NCBI GenBank assembly: GCA_046484865.1
Contig: JAWOID010000079.1
Coordinates: forward strand, 1 to 64,000
Reading direction: 5' to 3'
DNA: 64,000 nt
Origin: Candidatus Krumholzibacteriia bacterium
Lineage (GTDB): Bacteria > Krumholzibacteriota > Krumholzibacteriia > LZORAL124-64-63
The position numbers and the translations under genes are program-made. Shown here piece by piece: positions 57,031-64,000 of the stretch (positions within the stretch are counted from its first letter, which is position 1; the number at the start of each line of letters is the position of its first letter). Below the pieces are notes generated by a model. It was not told the origin of the DNA. It saw only the letters and a list, made by a program, of their open reading frames with translations, and did not search any database.

Positions 57031-57879
57031 CTAGCGCGACCGCGGGAGCTGGTTGACGCTCTTCTCGAGCAGGTCGTCGTTCGACTGCACCACGCGGCTG
57101 GCCACCTCGAACGCGCGCTGGGCCGCGATCATGTCCACCAGGGTATCGATGGGGTCCACGTTGCTGGACTCGAGTTGCCCCTGCATCATCCGCACCGACG
57201 CGCGCTCTACGGGCTCGGCGGCCAGGTCGGCGGGCGCGGAGAGCAGGCCGTGGCTGCGGTGCTCCAGGCGCATGGGCTCGGCGAAGTCGACCACGCGCAA
57301 GCGGCTCACGACGGTGCCGTCCACCTGGACCGACCCGTCCTCCCCCACGGTGAAGTCGCGTCCACCCTCGATCCGGATGGGTCCGCCCTCGCCGAGCACC
57401 GGCTCGCCGGAAGCGGTGACCAGGCGGCTCTGGGCGTCGAGCCGGAAGGCCCCCGACCGCGTGAACCGCTCGCCCTCCGCGGTCTCCACGGCGAAGTAGC
57501 CGGGACCGAGCAGCGCCAGGTCCGTGCTGCGGCCGGTGGCTCGCAGCACCCCGGGCCGAGGATCGAGGATCTGCCGCACCTGCAGCGCCGCCTGGTCCGG
57601 CCACGGCCCGGGCAGCGCCGGCGACCCGCCTGGTTCCCCCGCTCGGTTCCGCGCCGGTCTGGCGAGCCCCAGCGGAACGCCGTCTTCTCCGGTCTCGCCG
57701 GGTTCGGCCGCGAGGCTGCCGGAGCGACCGTCGAGCCCGCCGGCGGCCGCGTCCTGCACCGTCATGAGCACCTGCCGGAAGCCGTCGGTGTCGACGTTGG
57801 CGAGGTTGTTGGCGAGGGTGTCGACCCTCAGCTGCTCGATGTGCATGGCGGCCTCGGCCGTTCGCAAGCTACGCAGCAC
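57031..57879 (-). CDS. flgF: Rod protein FlgF
   Basis: GTG after AAGGAGG; ANNLANVDTDGF, DLAL.G.GYF, FTRSGAF, LESSNV. Confidence 0.9.
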   Translation of the reverse strand: MLRSLRTAEAAMHIEQLRVDTLANNLANVDTDGFRQVLMTVQDAAAGGLDGRSGSLAAEPGETGEDGVPLGLARPARNRAGEPGGSPALPGPWPDQAALQVRQILDPRPGVLRATGRSTDLALLGPGYFAVETAEGERFTRSGAFRLDAQSRLVTASGEPVLGEGGPIRIEGGRDFTVGEDGSVQVDGTVVSRLRVVDFAEPMRLEHRSHGLLSAPADLAAEPVERASVRMMQGQLESSNVDPIDTLVDMIAAQRAFEVASRVVQSNDDLLEKSVNQLPRSR

Positions 57880-57929
57880 GTGGTTGCCTCCTTCACGCGC
57901 GCAGGGTTCACGGCGCCGTCGCCGAGGCC

Positions 57930-57944
57930 GCAATCGGCATGCCA
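57930..57944 (-). promoter_or_regulatory. sigma54 promoter of the flgF operon
   Basis: TGGCAT-GCCGA-TTGC. Confidence 0.8.
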
Positions 57945-58009
57945 CCCCCGGGCGCCGTCGCACGGGCGGACGCGGCGTCTGGACCGGCCGCCCGCGACCG
58001 GCGCCGGCG

Positions 58010-58096
58010 GGCAGATGTTGCCGGCCGGCGCGGCAGCGCCGGGTATGGGTCGGGGGTGTGCGGCGGCAGAATGGAGGCAGGGCGGCAGGATCTGCC
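58010..58096. promoter_or_regulatory. Putative enhancer (UAS) boxes GGCA-N5-TGCC
   Basis: GGCAGATGTTGCC at 58010-58022 and GGCAGGATCTGCC at 58084-58096, upstream of the flgF sigma54 motif. Confidence 0.45.
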
Positions 58097-58204
58097 GGTC
58101 GGTGCTCGTGCGGACCGCCCACCGGACCGGCAAGGCCTGGCGCGCAGCGGACCACGCCGGGCCGCCGGCACCGGCGCGTCAGGAAGGGGACCAGCGGTGG
58201 TCGA

Positions 58205-59827
58205 TTACCGGACGGCGGCGCGCGGATCCGGGGTGGTCCTGGGTCCGGTCTTCCCGGTCGCGCTCGCGGCCGGGCCGGAGCCGGCCAGGTCGCCGGGCGA
58301 CGGCTCGCCTGCGGCGGCCAGCGGCACGGTGAGGGTGAAGACGCTGCCGGCGCCTGGCCGGCTGGTGACCTGCACCGTGCCGCCGTGCGCCTCGACGAGC
58401 TTCTTGACGATCACCAGCCCGAGCCCCACGCCCTTGATGTGTCGCGCCTGGCGCGCTCGCTGGTAGGGGTGGAAGAGCTCGGCGAGATCCTCCGGCGGGA
58501 TGCCGATGCCGCCGTCGGCGACGGTGATCACGGCCACGTCGCGCGCATCCGCCAGCGATCTCGGCGACTCGGTTTGCGAGGTCGCGGCGGACGGCTCCGC
58601 GGGCCCGGCGGGACCCGGCGTCCGGACAGGCCGGCACTCGGCGGCGATGCGGATCCAGCCTCCCTCCTCGTTGTACTTGATCGCGTTGCTCAGGAGGTTG
58701 GTGAGGATCTGCTTCAGTCGCAGCGGGTCGGCGTCCACACGCACGCCGGCCATCGCGTCCACCTCGATGCCGATGGCGCGATCGGCCGCCAGGAACCCGA
58801 GATCGGCCACCACCGACCGCACGAGATCGGCCAGTTCCACCTCGTCGCGCTTGAGGTTCACGAAACCGGCGTCGAGCTTGCTGACGTCCAGGAAGTCGTT
58901 GAGAAGCTCCGTGAGCTCCCCCACCTTGCCCTGCACGCTGGTCAGGAAATCCTGCTGCACGCCGTTGACGGGACCGGCCTTGCCCGTCGCCAGGAGCGAG
59001 ACGTAGCCATGGATCACCGACAGCGGCGACCGCAGATCGTGGGCGATCATGGAGTGGAAGTCGGCCCGCATGCGCTCGTCGGCCACCTTCTCGGTGATGT
59101 CCTGGAAGATGTAGGCCATCGCCTCGTCGTCCCGGGCGAGCATGATGGGAGCCGAGCGGGCAGTGAGGATCACCGGCTCCTCGTCGAGCGCCACCGCCAG
59201 CCGGACCTCCTCGCGGGTTCCTGCCCGCAGCTGCGTGACCAGCGGCTCCGGCACGCCCACGGCGGCGAGGATCGCGCTGAACGACTGGAAGTGCATCACC
59301 TCGCGCGGCAGCCGGAAGAGGCTCATGAACACCTGGCTGGCCAGCACCAGGCGGTCCTCGCGATCACAGATGGCCACCGGCTCGTGCAGGAAACGGAAGA
59401 TCTGCTCGAGCTTGTCGCGCTCCGTGCGCAGCGCGTCCTGCAGTTCCTTGATGCGCAGGAAGGCGCGGATCTTCGAGTCCAGTTCCCCGGCGGCGATCCC
59501 CTTGGGGATGAAGTCGTCGGCGCCCATGTCCAGGCCGCGGATCCGCTCCTGCACCGCCGACTCGGAGCTGATCATGAGGATGGGGATGTAGCTGGTGTCA
59601 TGGTAGCGGCGCAGGATCCGGCTGACGTCGAAGCCGTGCATCCCCGGCAGTTCCTTGTCCAGCAGGATCAGGTCGGGAAGCAACTCCATGGCCAGCCGGG
59701 CGCCGGTCTCGCCGTCGTGGGCGAGGAGCACCCGGTAACCCTTGCGTTCGAGCAACCGCTGCAGGTACAGGCACGTGGGCGGCGAATCGTCGATGACCAG
59801 GATGGTGCGGGGCGCGCTGTCGTTCAT
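58205..59827 (-). CDS. Hybrid receiver-PAS-histidine kinase
   Basis: VIDDS, LDKELP, DDFIPK; AHDLRSPL, NLLSNAIKY, DGGIG, GVGLGL. Confidence 0.9.
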   Translation of the reverse strand: MNDSAPRTILVIDDSPPTCLYLQRLLERKGYRVLLAHDGETGARLAMELLPDLILLDKELPGMHGFDVSRILRRYHDTSYIPILMISSESAVQERIRGLDMGADDFIPKGIAAGELDSKIRAFLRIKELQDALRTERDKLEQIFRFLHEPVAICDREDRLVLASQVFMSLFRLPREVMHFQSFSAILAAVGVPEPLVTQLRAGTREEVRLAVALDEEPVILTARSAPIMLARDDEAMAYIFQDITEKVADERMRADFHSMIAHDLRSPLSVIHGYVSLLATGKAGPVNGVQQDFLTSVQGKVGELTELLNDFLDVSKLDAGFVNLKRDEVELADLVRSVVADLGFLAADRAIGIEVDAMAGVRVDADPLRLKQILTNLLSNAIKYNEEGGWIRIAAECRPVRTPGPAGPAEPSAATSQTESPRSLADARDVAVITVADGGIGIPPEDLAELFHPYQRARQARHIKGVGLGLVIVKKLVEAHGGTVQVTSRPGAGSVFTLTVPLAAAGEPSPGDLAGSGPAASATGKTGPRTTPDPRAAVR

Positions 59828-60013
59828 GCCGGCTTCGCCTCGGGCAACTCGCCAGGGATCATGATCGGGACGGTGTCTGTGGTTGGATGATCGGTCCCGG
59901 CCGCGCCGGTCTGTAGCGAAAAGGCGGGATGCGCCCGGACGCCGGCCCGGAGCCGCGCTCGAGGGGCGTCCACGGCCGCTGCGAGCCGGCGACCGCGGGC
60001 GAGTCGGAGCGGG

Positions 60014-60409
60014 CTAGATGGTCTCGAGCAGGAGAGCGATGTGCTGCTCGAGTGCGGCGAGGCCCTCGGGCTCGATCGCCGTGAAGAAGACCGCGACATC
60101 GTACTGGCCCACGGCGGGGTCGTCGTGTTCGGGCTCGACCCGCACCACCAGGCCCTCGCACTCGATGCTGGCGAGACGCGGTCCCGAGTCGCCGTCGAGA
60201 CCGGGCACGGTCACCTGCATGGCCATGGCCAGCTTCGTCATCGGCTCGATGAAGTGATCGGAACGGAAGTAGCAGCCCGAGGTGCTGATGTTGAGCGTCT
60301 GCAGGGCGGACGTCGCCACCGTGCCGTCCTCGCCCGACAGGCGAACCTCCAGGCGCAGGCTGGCATCCACTCGCTTCGACTTGCGGCGTTCGGTATCCTG
60401 GTACGCCAC
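60014..60409 (-). CDS. Single-domain PilZ protein
   Basis: ERRKSKR (RxxxR) and NISTSG (D/NxSxxG); GGAGG RBS then GTG. Confidence 0.82.
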   Translation of the reverse strand: MAYQDTERRKSKRVDASLRLEVRLSGEDGTVATSALQTLNISTSGCYFRSDHFIEPMTKLAMAMQVTVPGLDGDSGPRLASIECEGLVVRVEPEHDDPAVGQYDVAVFFTAIEPEGLAALEQHIALLLETI

Positions 60410-60520
60410 GGCGCTCCCCTCCCCGGGGCTGGGGTGGACGTCGTCGTCGCCCGTGTCCGCGCTCCGGGGCGCCCCCGGACGGGCGCGCCCCGCCACGGCC
60501 ACCGCCGACGATGACGACGG

Positions 60521-60610
60521 CTACTTCTTCTTGTGACGGTTCTTCCGCAGCCGCTTCTTGCGCTTGTGCGTGGCGATCTTCTTGCGCTTGCGCTTGCGTC
60601 CGTTGGGCAT
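60521..60610 (-). CDS. 30S ribosomal protein bS22 (AURKAIP1/COX24-like), 29 aa
   Basis: MPNGRKRKRKKIATHKRKKRLRKNRHKKK; GGAGGTG RBS; below the ORF-track cutoff. Confidence 0.88.
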   Translation of the reverse strand: MPNGRKRKRKKIATHKRKKRLRKNRHKKK

Positions 60611-60901
60611 CGTCTCACCTCCCTCGCCTGGGTTGCGCGAGGTCGTCGCTCAGGCGCCACCGACACGCGGCGACGCCTGCGGTCATGGTCGTGACCAGCC
60701 GGGTTCGTATCGTTGAACGGCCGCGGCCGTCAAAGCCGCGCCAAGATAGGAAAATCGCGCGCGGGATACAACCTCGACGATGGCGCACCGCCATCTGCAC
60801 GTTCCGCCGCGCTCATGCGCCGGCGCGCGATCCTGGCCCGGATCATTCACGAGCGACCCGCCGCGGCCGGTCACTCCATATCCTCCACCACTCCAGTTCC
60901 T

Positions 60902-61198
60902 CTAGGCCTGCACCTCTTCATGATCCGTGTTCAGCCGGGACTTCAGCTCGTTGGAAGCCTTGAAGTACGGCACCTTCTTCTCGGGGACCGCCACCGACTC
61001 GCCCGTGCGCGGATTGCGCGCCTGGCGCGAACGCCGGTTCTTCACCTTGAAGCTCCCGAAACCGCGCAGTTCCACCTTGTCCTCGGTGAGGAGCGCGCGT
61101 CCGATGTTCTCCAGGATCAGGTTCACGATCACGCCCGTGTCCTTCTTGCTGATACCCGTTTCCTGCGCAATGATTTCCACCAGTTCGGCCTTGGTCAT
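60902..61198 (-). CDS. IHF/HU family DNA-binding protein (IHF beta-like)
   Basis: MTKAEL, VELRGFGSF, ARNPRTGE, VPYFK. Confidence 0.93.
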   Translation of the reverse strand: MTKAELVEIIAQETGISKKDTGVIVNLILENIGRALLTEDKVELRGFGSFKVKNRRSRQARNPRTGESVAVPEKKVPYFKASNELKSRLNTDHEEVQA

Positions 61199-61385
61199 CC
61201 CTTCCCCCTCGAGGTGGGCGTCGCGAAGATCTCGTCCGGCGACCAGTTCACTCGCTGCCGGATGATGCAATGCAGGCGTCCGGGTCCCGGTCGCTCTGCG
61301 CATTCCCGGTACGTCGGTCCGGGGCGCCCCCCGCGCGCCGCGGTGCATCGGGGCGCCGGCCGGAAGGCCGGTGGCTCGCTGAGGC

Positions 61386-61414
61386 ACACTAGCATCACCC
61401 CTGGGATCTGTCAA
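61386..61414 (-). promoter_or_regulatory. sigma70 promoter of the IHF/HU gene
   Basis: TTGACA-N17-TAGTGT with extended TG. Confidence 0.7.
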
Positions 61415-61582
61415 CTCGCCTCTGGACAAAGAGTTGCGCCGCGCGGGAGCCCTGCTCCGAGGCGCGGCGCACTGGACGGTCTTCCGCATCGTGCCGCGTG
61501 ACCTCACGGAAGAGCTTACGGACGTGTCGTAGGCCTGCCGGAGCTCAAGCGCAAGCAGCGCAGGAACCGTGCGCCTGCCGTA

Positions 61583-61597
61583 ACAAGCTGCGTGCCA
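61583..61597 (-). promoter_or_regulatory. sigma54-like motif upstream of the IHF/HU gene
   Basis: TGGCAC-GCAGC-TTGT (GT instead of GC at -12). Confidence 0.4.
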
Positions 61598-61834
61598 CGC
61601 GCCGGCCGTATCACGGCGACCCGTACCTGGGTTCGACAACGTGATACCGGGGAGCGAGTTACCGGAGTAAGCCTGAAGAACCGTGCACCGCGCCGGGGCA
61701 TCGCGCGACATCGTCGCCCCCGGTCGGGATTGCAGAATGGCGGCTCCGCGGCGGACGAGAGAGCATCGTGCCTGCTGCGGCGTCCTCCCCGGCTCCCGTG
61801 CCGCGGCCGGAGTTCGGGTCGCCGATGCCGCCGG

Positions 61835-63406
61835 TCAGCCGCGCGCCAGGGCGCCGAAGAGCTGCTCGTGCGCCGCCGTGAACCGGCAGCCCCGCCGCGC
61901 CATGACCGTCCGGGCGGTGGCCGCGGCGCGAGCGGCATCGTACGGTGGACCGGCGGGATCGTCGCCCCAGGTGAAGTTCGGCAGGAACTTGGGCGGGAAT
62001 CCCCTTGCGAAGACGTTGCTTGCGAACCCGACACAGGATCCAGTGTTGAGCATGGTGCCGATCGCCGTCTTCGCGTGTTCCCCCAGGAGCAGGCCCACGA
62101 AACGCTGGCCGGTGTCCACCTCGCCGGCGCCCTGATCGACCCGGACCGTTCCGTAGTTGTTCTTGAGATCGCTGCAGGTCGTGCCCGCACCGAGGTTCAC
62201 CCAGCCGCCCAGGTAGGCATGGCCGATGAAACCGTCGTGCTGCTTGTTGCCGAGGTCCAGGAAGGTGCTCTCGGCCACCTCGCCGGCCAGCTTGCAGCCG
62301 GCCCCCACGGAGGTCTCGCCGTAGATACGCGCCCCGGCCTTGATTCTCGCCCCGGGCCCCACGTACAGCGGCCCTGCCAGGTAGCAAAGACCCTCCACCA
62401 CCACGCCGCGATCCAGGACGATCGGCCCATGGTCGGCGGCGAGCACCGTCTGGGGCCCTAGATCCACGTCCGCGCCCAGCCACACGCCGGCGTCGCCGTG
62501 GACCGCGGCGGGTCCCGGGGTCAAGGCACCGGCCTCGGTCAGACGTCCGGGGAGGCTCCAGACGGGAGGCGAACCGGCGGCCGCGATCGCACCGAAGATC
62601 CACCGTCCCTCGATGCGACCACCCGCGAGGAAGTCGCGCAGGTCGCCTGCGATGGCGGCCGCGGTGGCCGGCACCAGGTCCCAGAGATGTCCGAATGCCG
62701 CCGGGCTCCCCTCGCCGGCGTTCCCGCACGCGGCGAGGACAGCGTCGGCCGCGCCGCCGGCGGGCGCGTCCGCCAGCCGGCAGACCGGAGCTCCACCGGC
62801 GTCGCTCCCCGCCTGCTGGGCCGACCCGCCGGTCGCACCGGACGCACCGGACGCACCGGTCGCGCCGCCGGCCCTGGCGGCGGTCCCGGAGCCGTCGCGC
62901 GGGGCCCCGTCGGCGGCGCCGAGCTCGAGCGGTGCCACGTCCCGGGACGCGTCGCGCCAGCAGCCTTCCCGCGCACGCGCGGCGTCCCAGACGGCCCACG
63001 CAGCCACCGCGGCCCGGGCAGCGCCCGGACCCAGCGCCGATGCCAGCACCCCCCACCTGTCGCGCAGGTACCAGCCCTCGGCCTGCCGTGCCAGGTCGAG
63101 CAGAGCCGAGAGCAACCGGTGCGACGGGCCCAACCTGGCATTCAGCAGGAGCACCCGGTCGGCTCGCGCGCAGGCTGCCGCCACCGGCTCGGCACCGACG
63201 GCGACGCCGTCGGGCCCCCCGAACGCCGCCAGCGGAGCGTGCGGCAGGAGTCCCAGTTCGTCGCCGGCCTGGTCGTCGCGCAGCAGTTCGCACCGCTCGC
63301 GCAGGTTCAGGATGCCGCAGCGCAACTCGTACACCGGCCGGCTCCAGCTCAGCGGCCGGAAGCCGGTCAGGGTCTCGTCCTCCTGGATCACCGTCAGCAG
63401 ACGCAA
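61835..63406 (-). CDS. GlmU-like putative sugar nucleotidyltransferase with hexapeptide repeats
   Basis: TTG after GGGGGAGG; FRPLSWSRPVYELRCG, NKQHDGFIGHAYLGGWVNLGAGT, SDLKNNYG. Confidence 0.82.
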   Translation of the reverse strand: MRLLTVIQEDETLTGFRPLSWSRPVYELRCGILNLRERCELLRDDQAGDELGLLPHAPLAAFGGPDGVAVGAEPVAAACARADRVLLLNARLGPSHRLLSALLDLARQAEGWYLRDRWGVLASALGPGAARAAVAAWAVWDAARAREGCWRDASRDVAPLELGAADGAPRDGSGTAARAGGATGASGASGATGGSAQQAGSDAGGAPVCRLADAPAGGAADAVLAACGNAGEGSPAAFGHLWDLVPATAAAIAGDLRDFLAGGRIEGRWIFGAIAAAGSPPVWSLPGRLTEAGALTPGPAAVHGDAGVWLGADVDLGPQTVLAADHGPIVLDRGVVVEGLCYLAGPLYVGPGARIKAGARIYGETSVGAGCKLAGEVAESTFLDLGNKQHDGFIGHAYLGGWVNLGAGTTCSDLKNNYGTVRVDQGAGEVDTGQRFVGLLLGEHAKTAIGTMLNTGSCVGFASNVFARGFPPKFLPNFTWGDDPAGPPYDAARAAATARTVMARRGCRFTAAHEQLFGALARG

Positions 63407-63732
63407 GCTGTCCTCCCCCGCAGATCGGCTCCGGAACGCGCCCCGCCGCCGCATCCGATGCGCAGCCTGGCGATCGGCGCCGAGACGACGCGCGACCGCA
63501 GTCGGACGAATGTACCGGCACGCGGCCGGCGGCGACAAGAGGCGACTGAGCCCGGTGGCGGAATCGCGAACGTAGCATGTTTGTCACACGCCATTCGATT
63601 GCAAGAAGCCGAGAGTCGCTCCCACATCCGAATTCAACCTTCCGCACGCTGGGACGAAAACACCGGGGGGGCCGTTTCCCCCCGCCGGCGAGGGTCGCCG
63701 ACGGGGCCGCGGCCATCGGCCCGAGGTGGACC

Positions 63733-64000
63733 ATGGCGAGCCAGAGACCCCGGTTCCTGAAGGAAGAGATGTACCAGCTGCTGAGGGTGGACAACGTCAA
63801 GGCCTTCAACATCCGGAAGCAGAACGGCCAGACCTGCGAGCTGTGCGGGACCGATCTGCGCGGCCTCGATCTGCGCGGCCTGGATGCCGACGGGCTCGAC
63901 TTCTCCGGCTGCTACTTCCGCGACACGGACCTGCGCGGGGTCGATCTGTCCCGGGCCCGGCTGGAGGGCGCGTCGTTCTTCGGCTGCAAGATCTCGGGCG
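63733..64000 (+). CDS. Pentapeptide repeat protein, partial
   Basis: GAGG RBS; TDLRG-LDLRG-LDADG-LDFSG-CYFRD-TDLRG-VDLSR-ARLEG; open to the window end. Confidence 0.85.
   Translation, partial: MASQRPRFLKEEMYQLLRVDNVKAFNIRKQNGQTCELCGTDLRGLDLRGLDADGLDFSGCYFRDTDLRGVDLSRARLEGASFFGCKISG

Noticed and set aside
62820..62870. Short coding repeats and low-complexity inserts (GCACCGGAC here; also in the large kinase, FlgF, FlgJ, FliW)
   Set aside because: In-frame Ala/Gly/Pro loop expansions common in high-GC genomes; no sign of inteins or mobile elements.
63640..63720. c-di-GMP-I riboswitch (GGGACGAAAA resembles GGGACGCAAA)
   Set aside because: The preceding GCAAA-stem-GNRA element is missing.

Overview
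Very GC-rich (roughly 70-75% by eye) chromosomal window dominated by one ~53 kb flagellar supercluster (about 5.3-58 kb). It holds essentially every structural gene: flgFGAHIJNKL-fliW-csrA; two short flagellins with flaG-fliD-fliS-fliT; flgM; and a long minus-strand run flgBC-fliEFGHIJ-motE/flbB-fliK-flgDE-flbD-motAB-fliLMNOPQR-flhBAF-fliA. It also carries two sigma54 two-component pairs, a GT2/TPR plus GNAT pair beside the flagellins, two HDOD proteins and several unnamed small genes. No che genes, MCPs or flhG are present in the window. Flanking genes (PorV-family barrel, Bacteroidota-type bS22, GlmU-like nucleotidyltransferase, MltD, IHF/HU) suggest a diderm FCB-group organism; this is an inference. 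Several sigma54 (GG-N10-GC), sigma28 and sigma70 promoter motifs can be read directly. The most unusual points: FliA has a hydrophobic C-terminal tail; FlhF is degenerate with a small membrane protein in the flhG slot; FliM lacks the CheY-binding motif; and the main operon starts with an exported TPR-like protein, an FlgN-like protein and a sensor-less kinase. All family calls come from motif recognition by eye, not database searches.
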